In this document: piece after piece, positions 1-13,200 of the stretch
Layout of the letters: each line of letters starts with the position of its first letter
Numbering within the stretch: the first letter of the stretch is position 1
Assembly: GCA_014905635.1 (NCBI GenBank)
Contig: JABVCE010000002.1
Span: 1,550,001-1,614,000 of the forward strand
Source of the DNA: Scenedesmus sp. PABB004
Lineage: Eukaryota
Direction of reading: 5' to 3'
DNA: 64,000 nt
Notes under the pieces: generated by a model
What the model was told of the DNA's origin: nothing
Database searches by the model: none
What the model saw: the letters and a program-made list of their open reading frames with translations, nothing else
Program-made: the position numbers and the translations under genes

Positions 1-3000
1 CGCGCGCGCGTCCACGCACCCGGCCCTCCGCCTCGAGCGCCTCCACCTCTGCGCAAGAGCCGGTGAGCTGGAACTGCGTCATCTCGTCGGTGATGAGACT
101 GCAGGCATAGCCGATGTTGATCGCCGTCTCCTGCGGCGACGCGCGCCGCCGCGGCAGCGCCGCTCGGCGGCGGCGGGGCGGCGCAGGCCAGCGCGCACGC
201 AGCGCGCCAGCAGGCGGCGCAAGACCCTGCCGCTGCGCCGCGGCCGCCGCCGCGCCGAGGCCGCCGCGGCCGCCGCACCATCTTGTCGCCCGTCAGGACC
301 CAGAGCCGGATGCCGGCCTGCGCGAGCGTGTTGATGCACTGCGGCACGCCCTCCTGCAGCTTGTCCTCGATCGCGGTGCAGCCGAGGAGCAGCAGGTCCT
401 TCTCCACCTGCTCCCCGACCGCATCCACCTTGGCCGCGCGGTCGACCATGCAGAGCTTGGCCTCGATGAAGCGCTCGTTCCACCTGGGGGGACGGGGGCG
501 CGGGTGCGGGTGCGGCGCGCGGGCGCGGCGCGGCGCTCAGTGCGCGCCGGCCCGGCGCCGGCGCGGCGCGGCGGGGGCGGGCCGCGCCGCCGGGGCCCCG
601 CCGCGCGGCGGCGCGCCCCGCCGGCGCCCCGGGGACGCACTCGTCGTAAAACTTGGGGTCGAGCTCGGCGTAGGCGAGGCAGAGCGTGCGCAGGCCGGCG
701 CTGCCAAACTCCTCCATGTGCGCGAGCGTGACCTCCTTGAGCGCGCCGTTGAGCGGGTGCCGCCGGCAGAGGCGCTCGTAGATCACCGTGTCCGCGCCCT
801 GGAGAGGCGTCCCGCGGCGCGGCGCGGCGTGGGTCGGGCGCGCGCCGGCCGCGCCGCGCCTGACGGGCCCCCCGCGCGCGCAGCGCCCCGTGGCCGGCGG
901 CGGCGGCCCCGGCGGCAGCGGCGTGCCGCGCCTTGCAGTAGAGTATGATTTTGTTGTCGGGCGTGCGCACGATGACGCTCATGCGCTTGCGCGTCGAGTT
1001 GAACTCGAGGATGTTGAGCACCTCGTACTCGGTCTCGCGCGTGACGTCGGGCAGGCGCTCGCGCAGCGTGACGACCGTGTTGGTGCGCTTGACGAGGAAG
1101 AAGCCAAACACCTTGGCCGCGACCACGAGCGCCGCCTCGTCGGGCGACTCCGCCTCGTAGCGGATCGCCTCGGGCAGCGCCGGGCCTGCGCCGGCGGGGA
1201 GCAGGCGGGCGGGCGGCGGGCGGGCGGGCGGGGCGGGCGGGCGGGCGGCGGGCGGGCGGGCGGGCGGGCGGGCGGGCGGGCGGCGGGCGGGCGGGCGGGC
1301 GGGCGGGCGGGCGGGCGGGCGGGCGGGCGGGCGGGCGGGCGGCGCGCGGGCGGGGGCGTGGGCGGGCGGGCCGGCGGCGGTGCGCGCACGCCGGCGTGCG
1401 GGCGGGCGCGCGCTGCGCGCGTCGCGCGTCGCGGCTCGCCGTCTGGGATGACGGTGTTGCAGAGCGCGAGGAGGCGGAAGAACTGCGCGGCGACGTCGGG
1501 GTTGGGCTGCCGCGCCCACTCGGTGCCCATGAGGCGGTCGTCGTAAAAGTTGAAAAACTGCTCCCGGTACTTGTTGTCACCCTCCTCGTCCGCGACGTCC
1601 AGCTTCAGCCCGCGCCTGCCGCGCGTCGGGAGCGCACGCGGCGGCGTCGGCGGCGGCGGCGCGGCGGGGCTGGTCGCCCCGGGGCGGCCCTGCCCCCGGC
1701 CCGGCCGCGCGGCGCGGCGCCGCGCGGTGTGCGCCGCGCGCACCGCTCCGCGTTGTTGCGCTCAATCTCGGTGATGCCCGCGCCGTACGCGACGCCGGCG
1801 ATGGAGCACTTGAAGAACTCCATAACGTTGCGCGTCAGCGTGCCTGGGCGCGAGCGCACGGGCGGGCCCGAGCGCGCGGGCGGGCGTGAGTGCGGCGCGG
1901 CGGCGGCGGCGCGCCGCGGCGGCGGCGCGCGGCGCGGCGCACCGGTCTTGTCTGAGAGGATGGTGTTGACCATGCCGAGCTCCTCGTTGAGGTTGCTCGT
2001 GCGTGCGACGGCGGGCGTGTCGGTGTCGGCGTGGTACATGTCGCGGTCGAGGCCGATGAAGCAGAGGCTCTGCACGATCTTCACCATCTCGATCGACACG
2101 TACAGCGCGATGGGGATCAGGTAGCCTGCGGGGCAGGGCGTGGCCGGGCGGCGGCGGCGGCGGCGGGGCGGCGTCGACGCGGGGGCGCGGGAGGCGTGCC
2201 GCGCCGAGCGGCGCCGGCGGGGCAGGCGCGGCGTGCGCGCGGCGGCGGGGCAGGCACGGCGTGCGCGCACCGTAGAGGATGAACGCGGTGATGAAGTTGG
2301 TGACCGCCACGATGCCGGGCCGCGAGCCGTCGTACTCGCGCGGCACGTCGCCCGGCGCGAGGTACCAGTGCGCCGGCATGTCGCGCGCGGTCCACCACGC
2401 GAAGAAGATGCAGCCGGTCAGGCACCTGCGGCGCCCCGCAGCGGGGCAGAGGCTCGGGGGGCCGCGGGCGGGGCAGGCCCGCGCGCGCGCCGCCCGCCGC
2501 GCGCCCGTCGTCGTGCCCCGCGCGCCGCGCGCCGCGCGCCGCACATGCTGAAGAGCAGGCCAAACATGAAGAAGATGATGCGGTCCACACCGCGCTCGAT
2601 GAGGCTGCGCTTGCTGGGCGGCTGCGTGGAGTTCATGAAGATCTTGGTGTCGTGGCCTGGTGGGGAGCGGCAGCATTGCCGCAGCTGAGCGCGGGGCTCT
2701 CGCGGCGGCGCGGCGCCGCCGGCGCGCCGAGAGCCGCACGGCGCGCGCCGTGCTGCGCGCCGTGCTGCGCGCCGTGCTGCGCGCCGTGCCCAGTGAGGGG
2801 CGCACCCGCGTAGACGACGAGGCCGTAGATCCGGTGCGTGTTGCACAGGCTGCACCCGCGCAGCAGCATCGCCGCGGGCGAGAGCGGCAGCGTGTACGCC
2901 GCCTCCACGAGCGGCGGGCGCAGCTCGAGCTTGCCCGTGAACTGGTAGAGCCGGCTGTTGGGCGGCTCGCACGTCGCGAGGCCGGCGAAGCGCCCGATCG

Positions 3001-4140
3001 TGTCGTGGCGCAGGTCCTTGGTCTCGTCGAGGCTCTTCTTGATCTTCAGGTTGGTCTCGCCGTCAAGCTGCATCGTCTCGATGTAGCAGATGCCCTCCGC
3101 GTTCTCCGCGCTCAGGAAGAGCAGGTCGGCGGGGAAGTACTCGCCCTTGTGCACGATGATCACGTCGCCGACGCGGATGTCGCGCCACGTGCGCGTCTCC
3201 CACGCGCCCGCGGCCGCGTTGAACACCTGCGCCGCGGCGCCGCGGCGGCCCGCGCGCGTCGGACGGCTGCGAGGGGGCTGAAGCACCGCCGCTGCCGCCG
3301 CCAGCGCCCCCGGCTGCCGCCGCCGCCGCGGGCTCGCCGCCCGCCGCTGCTGCCCGCCGCCCGGCGCCCGCCGCCGCGCCGGACCTGCACGGAGCGGTTG
3401 TTGACCTCCACGTCCTGGCGGTGGCGCTTGTAGTCCTCCACCGCCTCCTTGATCATCGCCACGCCCAGCACGATCGCCAGCGGCAGGAACGTGGTCCACG
3501 GCCTGCGCGCGCGTGCGGGCCGGGGTGCGTCGGCGGCCTGCCTGCTGGCCGCGGCGGGCGCGGCCCCGCTGCGCCCGGCGCTGTGGGTGCTGCTGGTGCT
3601 GGTGTTGCTGCCGACGCCGCTGCTGGTGCCGCGGCAACCGCTGCTGCCGCAACCGCTGCTGCCGCAACCGCTGCTGCCGTAACCGCTGCCGCAACTGCTG
3701 AGCCTGGCGCCACGGCGCGAGCCCCGCCGGCGCTGCTAGCTCCCGCCCCGCCGCCGCCGCGGGCGCACCTGACGGGGCTGTAGGGCGTCAGCGACAGCGC
3801 CGCCACCAGCGTGAAGTAGATGTTGGCCACGCGCCTGCGGCGGCGGCGGTTGGCGCGCGGGCAGCAGCAGCAGCGGTTGCGCGCGCCGCCGCGCCGCGTC
3901 GCGCCCGCGCCGCGCCGCGCCCGCGCCGCGCCTGTACTGCTCGAAGAGCGACTTGGGGATGAAGGTGAGCAGGCTGTACTTGGTGGTGGTGGTCTTGTTG
4001 CCCGCGTAGTGGCGCTCGAGCTGGCTCGGGTGCTGCTCCGGCGGAAAGTGCACCTGCCGGTCGGGCTGCACCCTCGCCGGCCGCCTCAGGCGGACCGGCA
4101 GCCGCCATCGGCCGCCCTCGAGCTCGTCGGCGCCCGCCAT
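1..4140 (-). CDS. Phospholipid-transporting P4-type ATPase (ALA/DRS2 flippase family); multi-exon, 3' end runs off the window start
   Basis: Spliced translation from ATG 4140 gives [65 protein letters not shown] (phosphorylation site, split by an intron), [41 protein letters not shown]. 13 introns traced, 3 with GC donors. Confidence 0.96.
1205..1340. repeat. (GGGC)n microsatellite in a flippase intron
   Basis: About 135 nt of near-pure GGGC repeats inside intron 1186-1439. Confidence 0.9.
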
Positions 4141-4562
4141 GGCGCCGCAGCGGCGCTCAGGGGCGACCGCTGATGGCCAGCGCGCGCCCAGCGCGCCGCA
4201 TGGCGCCCGTGGCCTGCCGCCGCGTCTCTGGCTGCTGCTCCGGGTCTGCCTCCAGCGCCCGGACGCCCTGCCTGCTGCGTTGGGGCCGCCTGGAGACGGT
4301 GCGTGCCCGCACGCGAACACCAACGATACACCGAGCGCAGGGGGGCGCACAGGCGGCTCCGGGCGTGCGGGCGGGTGCGGGTGGCGGGCCTGAGCAGCGA
4401 GATGGCACCCGGCGCCCGCGCCGGCGGCGGTCAACATTTCGGGGGAGCGGCAGCGGCGGGTTCAGCGGGCCGCCGCGCGTCGTGCCCCCCCGCCGTCGCC
4501 GACGCGCGCCGGCGCGGCACCCGGCCTCCTCCTGGGCCGCCGATCCGGGCCGCCGCCACGCC

Positions 4563-6900
4563 TCACGCGCCCGCGGCGGCGAGCATCTCGCCGAGCTCCG
4601 TGCACTTGACGCGCGCCGCGCCCGCCGCGCGCCCCGCCGCCAGCTCGTGCGCGTCGAGGCGCTCCCAGGCGGCGTAGTCCACCACGCGCACGCCACGATC
4701 CGCCAGCAGGCGCGCCAGGCCCGCGCGCCCCGGCGGCGGCCCGCCGCCGCTGCCGCCGCCGCGGTCCAGGTCGGCCGCGAGCGCCGCCGCGGTCTCCTCC
4801 GCGTCGGTAAGGTTGGTGCCGATGATGCCGGTGGGGCCGCGCTTGAGCCACCCGCACACGTACAGCCCGGCACCGTGCTGCTCGGCGCCGCGCCCACGTC
4901 TGCGGCGGCGCGGCCGCGCGGGCGCCGCCGTCGCCCCGCGCGCGCGCGCGCGCAGGCCGCCGCCTGTTGGCGCCGTGCCGGCGGCTGCGCGCCGCGCCCG
5001 CACCCATGAGCACGCGGCCGGCGGCGTTGGGCACCACGCCGCCGCGCGCGTCAAAGGGCACGCCCTCCAGCGGCAGCGACTTGTAGCCGATGCTCTTCAG
5101 CACCAGCTGCACCGGGTACTCCTCAAACTCGCCCGTGCCCACCGCCACGGTGCCGCGCGCGGGGTCGGCCACGAGCCGCGTGCGCTCCACGCGGACGCCC
5201 CGCACCTGCGGCCGCGCCAGGCGGGCGGCGCGGGCGGCGGCGCGCGGCGGCGCTCGGCGCGCGCCGCACGGCCGGGGGGGGGGGGGGCCGGCGCGGCGGC
5301 GCGCGCCTGGTTGTCCGCGTCCGCCAGGATCTCAGCGGGGTTGCGGTACAGCTGAAAGTGTAAGTGCCTGTCTGCCCCGGGCTTGTCGGCACCGGCGGCC
5401 TACGCGTGTGCGTGCGCGCAGAGGGACCGGCCGGTCGGCAGGGCGCGGCGGCAGGGTGCGGCGCGGCCGTCGAGGCGGCGCCCCCCTTGGTCGCTGACGG
5501 CCGTCCCCGCCGCCGCCGCACGTTTGAGATGAGCTCGTGCAGCCGCCGCTTGAGCCGCACCGCCTTCATCTCTGCCGCGTCAGCCTCGGACACCGCGAGC
5601 TGCGACGGCGCCGCGTGCACCGCGATGCTGGGCATGCTGACCAGCTCCTTGAGCTCCTTGGGCGTGCACGCGGCCTGCCCGCGGCGGCGGCGGCGGTCGA
5701 TGCGCGGCGGCCGAGGCGCGGCGCGCTGGGGAGGCGCGCGCGCGCGGGAGGGCCCGCACCTGCACGGGCCCGCGCCGCGCGCACAGGTGCACCGCGCGCA
5801 CGCGGCTGCCCCGCAGCTGCGCGAGCGCGTGGCGCGCGATGTCGGTGGGCGCGAGCTGCTCCACCGGCCGCAGCAGCACGCGCGCGCAGTCGAGCGCGAC
5901 GTTGCCGATGCCGCACACCGCCACCGCCTCGACACGCGACAGGTCAACGGGCAGCTCCCGCTGGTCGGGGTGGCCGTTGTACCACCACACGAACTCGCGC
6001 GCCGCGTGCACGCCCCGCGCGTCCTGCGAGCGGGGCGGGAGGGCCGAGGCTCGAGGCGGCGTGGCCGCGCGGCGAACGGCAACGCGCGGCCGTGGCGGCG
6101 CGTGCGGCCGCGCGGCGCGGGCCTCACCTCGCCGGGGATGTTGAGCCGCCGGTCGCTCTCAGCGCCGTACGCCAGCACCACCTGGTACCACCAGCACCAC
6201 CAGGGCGTGGACGGCGCACGTCGCCTGCTGCCGGCCCCAAACCGCCCCCCGCCCGGCGCCGGCCGCGCCGCGCCCGCCGCCGGCTGACTCGCTCACCGCG
6301 GAGTACAGTCGCCGCATCTCGTCCACGCTCACGTCGCGCCCGACCGTGACGTTGCCCCAGTAGCTCACGCGCGGGTCCTGGGCGATGCGGCTGAACTGGT
6401 TGGTCACGTTCTGTGTGCGCGCGGCCGGGCGTGGTCGGGACGGCTGGCGCCGCAGCCGCTGGGGCGTGTGGCGGCCGCGGCCGGGCGCGGCTGCGCAGCG
6501 CACAGACCTTGGTGTCCGCATGGTCTGGCGCGACGCCCGTGCGCACCAGCCCGAACGGCGTCGGCAGCCGGTCCTGCGGGGCACGCGCGCCCGTGGGCCG
6601 CTGCTGCATCAGGCCAGCGCCGCTGCCGCTGCCGCGCCGGCGCCGGCGCCGCGGCGCGCACCAGTATGTCTATGTGTATGTCGTCGCCATAGCGCTTGAG
6701 CAGCTGCGGCGGCGTGGGCGGCGGCACGCGTGGGCGCCGGCAGCAGCGGCGCCCGCCGCGGCGCCGCGGCGCCGCCTCACGTGCTGCGCGGTGTAGAAGC
6801 CCGCCGGGCCGGCTCCCACTATGGCTACTGCCAGCTGCGACGCTGCGCTGGCCGCTGCGGCATAGCCACGCGCCAGGCCGCCGGCGAGACAGGAGAGCAT
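4563..6900 (-). CDS. Mitochondrial NADPH:adrenodoxin (ferredoxin) oxidoreductase, FDXR/ARH1 family
   Basis: Presequence-like N-terminus, then VAIVGAGPAGFY, PTPFGLVRTGVAPDH, AREFVWWYNGHPD, GIGNVALDCAR, RRGPVQAACTPKELKE, LVLKSIGYKS, GLYVCGWLKRGPTGIIGTN. 9 introns. Apparent 1-nt frameshift near 4868. Confidence 0.94.
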
Positions 6901-7257
6901 CTGCTGCTGCCGCGCACTGGCCCCACCGCGTCTCAGCCGCTCGCGTGACGCAGGACGCGGTAAGATCGCGTCGCGTTCGTCGCGCTGGGCGCTGCGGCGG
7001 CGTGCTGTGGGCGCACTGGGCGCCTCGGCGCCGCCGATAGCGAGCGAGCGCCGCCGCGGCTGCCGGCGCCGCGGCGGCAAACCCTGGCGCCAAGCTCGAG
7101 CGCCGCCCGGAGTGGCCACAGTTTCGGACGCGCCACCGTCACTGCCGCGCGCACCGCAGCCCGCACAGACCGGTCGCGCGGCGCTTGACCAGCGCGGCGC
7201 GAGCGTCGCGGGCATGGGGCGCTGAGCGCGTGGGGCGCCCTCGGGGCCGGCTCCGCC

Positions 7258-10200
7258 ATGGCGGGGTCCTTCGTGGCAGACGTGCTGCTGGAGGAGTCGA
7301 ATGAGGTGCGGCGGCGCGGCGGGAGTGTGGAGACAGCAGCGCCGCGCGCGCAGGCGCAGCAGCACCAGCTACCGCCACGCGCGCGGCCAGGCAGCGAGGG
7401 CGCCCCCGTGCGTCCCCGGCCCCAGGTGCTGGCGGTCCCGGTGGTTCGGCCGCGCGCCGCCAAGAAGCTGCTGCGAGAGCTCGGCCCGCGCCAGCTGCTC
7501 GGACCGCCGCTCGCGCCCACGACGGAGGACGGCCTCGACGCCTTCCTGCAGCACGTGGGCGGGCTGTCCGGCAAGAACCCGGGCCGCTGGGACAGAGTCG
7601 GTGCGCGCGCGCTGAGCGGCAGCGCGCCGGCCGCGGCGGCGCGGCGCCGAGCGTGCGGCGCCCCGCGCTGCGCGCAGGGGAGACGCAGGTCGAGATCAGC
7701 GAGGCGGACGGCAAGCGCACCATCAAGCGCACCAGCATGTGCACCGGCATCCAGCTGCACCTGTGGGTCACGCCGCCGCACTACGACGCACGCCTGCCGC
7801 CGCGCCCCGGCACGCCGGAGCTGGACTTTTCGGTGCAGCGGCGCGAGGTCAAGAGCACCGAGGAGTGGCGGCAGGTGGGGGCGGCTGCACACCGTGGCCG
7901 CCGGCGGCGCCCGCCGACGCGGCCCGGCGGCCGCGGCTGCGGGGCGCCGCGTGCGGCGCGCCCACCTGCTCGCGCGCGCCCCGCGCGCCCGCCGCAGCTG
8001 ATCGCGGATCAGCCCTGGACGGCCAGCCGGCGGCGGCAGCTGGTGCTGAACTTCCTGCAGGCAAAGCTGGAGGCGGAGGATGGCCAGCTGCAGCTGGAGG
8101 GTGCGCGCGGTGCCTGGGAGCTGGCCATCAACAAGGCGCACCACGCTGAGATGGGCGCGCAGCACCTGCGCCCGCTGGTGCAGCACCTGCAGTCGGCCAG
8201 CATCGAGGTGCGGAGGGGAGAGCAGGGGGGCGGCGGGCGGCGGTGGCTGCAGGTCGCCCGCGCCGCGCGTGCCGCCGTGCTGAGCGGCCGTGCCCGCAGG
8301 TGGCGCGCACGTGCGCGGCGGCGGTGTGGGGGCTGGCGGTGAACGAGCGCTGCCGCGCGCTGCTGCTGGGCCTGGGCGCCGTGCAAGCGCTGCTCGGCGT
8401 CGCGCGCGCGTCCCTCGCGCTGCCGTGCGTGGCCGACCCCGAGCGCCACGCCGCCGAGTACCTGGCCGGCGGCAAGTGCAGCCAGTCGCAGCGCAACCAG
8501 CTGCAGGCGTGCGTGCTGGGCGGGCTGTCGGTGCTGGCGGTGGACGCCGCGTGCCGCGCGCCGATCGTCGCCCTCGAGCCCGGCCTGGACACGCTCTTCG
8601 CCCTCGCCGGCGCCCTGGAAGGCTACACCGACCGCGCCTGGGCGGCCGCGCGGCGCGAGACGGCGGCCAAGGCGATCGCCAGCCTCGTGCAGCGCGACGC
8701 CGACGTGCGCGCGAGCCTCGTCGCCACGGGCGGCATCGGGCGGCTGCTCGCGCTGCTGGACGCCAAGGTGTGTCGGCGCGAGGGGAGCCGGCTGGCGGGG
8801 CGCCGCCCGCCCCGGCCGCGCGAGGCGCGCGGGCCGCGTGCGACCCGCGGCCGCGCGCGCTCGCTCGCAGGGCCCCGGCAGCGCGCGCGTGCAGTTTGCG
8901 ATGGCCAGCGTGCTCGCGACGCTGGTGCTGGACGACGGCGCGATGGCGCTCATACAGGGCCGGGGCGAGGGGCACCTCGTGTTCACTGCCACGCTGCGCC
9001 TGCTGGGCCACGTGGTCAACGCGCTCAAGTTCAGCCTCGCCGTGCCGGGCGCCCAGATCCTCAGCGAGGGCATGACCGCCGCCGACGTCGCGGCGGCGAT
9101 GCAGCGCCTGCGCGAGGGCGGCGACAGCAGCGGCGGCGGTGGCGCGGCTGTCGCGGCGGCGCGCGTCAGCGCGAGCGGCGGCGACGCGCTGCTGCGCACC
9201 GCGGCGCGGCGGCTGTCGCAGGAGGCGGCGCTGGGCGGCGGCGCCGGCAGTGGCGGCGCAGCTGCGCCGGCGCTCGCGCGCCGGCTGTCCACCGATGCCG
9301 CGGCAGCCGCGGCGCTGCTGCAGGAGGCCAGCCGCGCGAGCGCAGCGGGCGGCGGCACGGCCGGCGCCGCGGCCGACGAGGACGACGCGCCCGAGCCGCT
9401 GGACGCCGCGAACGCGGTGTCGCTCGCAGAGGCGTGCGCGCAGGCGATGTGGGGCTCGGCGCAGTACAGCCTGCCCAGCGCGCCGGGCGAGCCGCTGCAC
9501 ATTACGCAGGCACGGGCGCCGCCACTGCCGGCCCCCGGCGCCGCCTGCCCTGCCCCGCGGCGCGCGCCCAGCGGCCGGCCTGCTGGCTGGCCTCGGCCGC
9601 CACGCCGCCGCCACGGCCGCCGCCGCCGGCCGTGCAGGATCACGTGATTGAGCTGGGCAAGCTCGCGCTCGACTGCCTGCTCCTCAGCGAGCTTGACCTC
9701 GGCCGCGTCTGCCACTGCCTTGGTGCGTGCGTGCGCGCGTGTGAGCGCCGGCGGCCGCCGCGCAGCACCGCGCCGCCCAGCGCCCCCTCCCTGCGCTGGC
9801 CCCGCCGCGCGCAGGCGCGACGCTGGCGAGCCTCGCGAGCAACAACGTGGCGGCTGGGTTCATCATGGCCGCGCCCGGCGACAGCGTGGCGCGGGCGGTG
9901 CTCGCGCTGCTGGAGGTGGAGGACGACCCGGGGTTCAGCAGCGCGGGCCACGTGCGCGCCGCCGCGAGCACCTGCCTCGCCTTCCTCGCCTGCCACCCGC
10001 TCGGCGCGCGCGGCGACACCTGCCTGTCGGGGCCGTTCCGGGACCGCCTGCTCGCCGTCGGCGCGCTCGGCGCGCTGCTGCGCGCCGCGCTCGCGTCGTC
10101 GGCGGACGACCACTGCGACGCGATCATCCAGCAGACCGCGGCCGTGGGCATCATGTACCTTGCCACCATGGCGCGCGCTGCTTGCACGCAGCAATTGCTG

Positions 10201-13200
10201 CGCCTGCGCAGTCGTGGCCGGTCGCGGCCGGCAGCTGCCGCCGCGCCGCGCGCCGCCCACACACGCTGCCGCCGCCGCCGCCGCCGCTGCGGCCGCCGCG
10301 CAGGCGGGCGCGGTGGGTGCGCCCGAGCTGGCGATGTATGCGGCGCTGATGACGAGCAACAGCAACGTGCAGATGGTGGAGTACCTCATGGCCGGGATGT
10401 GGATCCTGCTGAAGCACCCCAGCAACCGGGAGGTCCTGGGCCGCGCGTTCAAGGTCAACCCCGCCGCGAGCGCGCTGACACAGGGAATGGTGGAGAAGCT
10501 GCAGGACACGATCGACGTGGCAGACGTCAACGAGGCGGTGCGCGTGCGCGCGGGCGTGGGCACGGCACAGCACGTGGCAGGGCGCGCGCGCGTGCACGCG
10601 CGCGACCGCCGCCCTCTCTTCCCCCCCCCCAACCAGGCCGAGAAGCTGGCCAAGGGCCGGCCGCCCGGCGCGCCCGGCGTCGCGGCCGACGGCAGCGGGG
10701 CGTCGGACGGCGGCGACGGCAGCCGCCCCGGCAGCACAGGCGCGTCCACGCGCGGCGTCGGCGGGCTGCCGGCGGAGGCGAGCTTTGGCGCGCGCGCGGC
10801 CGAGGCGGACAGCCTGGAGGACAAGCTGCAGCTGGTGGAGACCAAGCGCAGGTGCGGCGCACCTCCTGGCAACGTGGGAGGCATGGGGGGCAGGGGCCGC
10901 GCCGCAGCCGGGCCGCGCGGCGCCGCTCAGCCGCTGACGTGCTCGCGCCCACCCTGGGCGCCACGCCTCGCCCAGGAGCGTGCTGTTCAACAGCCTTGCT
11001 GGCGGCGACGGCTCCGCGCAGGCCACGCCGCGCTCCCTGGCCGGCGCGGGCGTCGGCCCTGCCGGCGCCGCCGGCGAGGCCGAGTCGGGGAGCGGCCGCG
11101 TGGCGGCGCTGTCCGAGGCGCTCAGGGCCGAGCGAGAGAGCGCGAGCGCGGCAGAAGCCGTCCGGGGCGTGGACCGCGGCCTCGACCGCAGCCTCACCAA
11201 CGTGCGAACGGCCCAGCCAGCCAGGGCAAGGGAGCAGGGCTGGCTGACGCGCGCCGGCCGCCGCGACGCCGACGCCGCCTGCCGCCGCTCGTGCGCAGCT
11301 TGACACGCAGCTCGGCTCCGAGGGCCTGGACCAGAACTGGGGCCTCGACGTGCTGGTCCGCGTCGGCGAGACCTGGCTGCCCAAGCTCGCCGACACGCAC
11401 GCCGTGCCGCGCGGGCAGAGCATGCAGGGCGCCGCGGCGCCCGACGGTGGCGACCGCGACGCGCGCGAGGCGGCGGAGGCGCGCGCGGACGTGCCGCTGC
11501 TGAAGCTGTTTGAGTTCCTCACCGCCAGCCTCTGCCTCTACGTCATAGACGAGGCGCCGCCCGCGGCCTCGCGCAGGCGCGGCGACGCGCGGCACAAAAC
11601 GCTGCGCGGAGGTGCCGCGCACGAGCGCGGGGCGCAGACGCCGCCGCCGCCGACGGCCGCAGGACCGCCAACGTCTTCACCGCCGCCCGGCCGCCGGGCG
11701 CCAAGGGGTGAGCGAGCGCGCGCGGGCGCGCTGGCCCGCACACCGGGCGCCGCCTCAGCCCTCCGCGCCGCCGCCGCCGCCGCAGCGCCGCGAGCTGGTG
11801 GACGGTCGCGGCGCCGGTGATCGACGCCGGCGAGGAGCTCAACCCCCTGCTCGCGCGCACGATGCACATCCTGCTCACCCTCCTGCGCCTGCGGCTGCCG
11901 GCGGCGTGGAAGACGCTGCAGCTGGCGGTGGTCATGCTCTGGAACAGCGCGGCGCAGTCGGGTGCGCGGGGCGGCGCGGGCGCGGCGCCGCGTGCTGCGT
12001 GACTGCGCCCTGCCGCGCGCTGGCCGCTGACTCGCCGTCGCCGGCCGGCGCGCGCGCCGCGCGCGCGCGCGCAGCCAGCGTTGAGCGCCACCAGGTGGCG
12101 TCGGGCGTGTGCGGCGCGCTGCTGGACGTGGCCAACAGCCGCCTCTGGCCGCCCACGCTGCGCGACATGGCGGCGGGGCAGCTGCAGTTCCTCATAGAGA
12201 CACACGCCAGCCTGCTCGCCCTCGGCGCCGACTGGGCCGCACAGCGCGCGGCCGCGGCCGCGGCGGCGGCGGCGACGACGCAGCCCCGGGGCGGCAGCGA
12301 CGGCGGCGGCAAGGCCGGCGGCGGCGGCGGGGCGCCGCCGCGCGGCGCCGACGGCGGCCGCTGCAGCCCGCTGCCGTTTGACCTCGCGGCGCTGCTCAAC
12401 CCCGTGCGCGGCGGTGGTGGCGGTGGCGGCGGTGGGCGCGCGTCACACAGCGCGGCTCCGCCGCCCGACCCGCTGGCCGAGGCGGTTGCGGCGGCCGGCG
12501 CCCACCCGGGCCTCGTCCCGGTGCTGTCCAGCCTCGTCGGCCTCGCCCGCACGGGGCACCCGCTGCTGCAGCTGTCCGCGGCGCGCGGCGTCGCGCGGCT
12601 GTGCTTCGCGGGCAGCCTCGGCGCGCCGAGCGCGTCGGCGCTGCTGGGCGAGGTCAAGGCCACCGCGGCCGCGGTCGGCGCGCTGGGGGCGATGGTCGAC
12701 CTGCTCAGGTGCGGCGGCGGGGGCGGGCGGGCACGCCTGCCTCGCCCTGCCTTTGCCCGCCCCGCCTCGCTCAGCCGTCGGCGCCGCCGGTGCAGGGAGG
12801 GGGCCACCAAGTTTATGGTGCTCGAAGACGGCGGCGCGCTGCCGCCGCCGCCGGTGCTGACCCACCTGGTGGACCGGGACTGCCGAATCTACGAGCGCGA
12901 CGTCAACGACCGGGAAGGCGCGCAGCACAGCACGCACAGCATGCGGGGGCGGCCTCGGGGAGGGCGCGCGGAGAGCGGGGAGGGCGCGCGGAGTGCACGC
13001 GCGCGCGCGCGGCTGGGCGGTCAGCCGCCGCCCCCGCGCCCGCGCGCGCAGGCGTGCTGGAGCTGCTGACCGCGGCGCTCGCGGCACTGCTCAACCTGAG
13101 CACGTGGCGCGCCAACCAGCCGCTGCTGGCGCGGCGGGGGCTGACCGTGCTGCTGCGGGCCAACACCAGCCTCTACCAGGCCATCACCGCCCGGGTGCGC

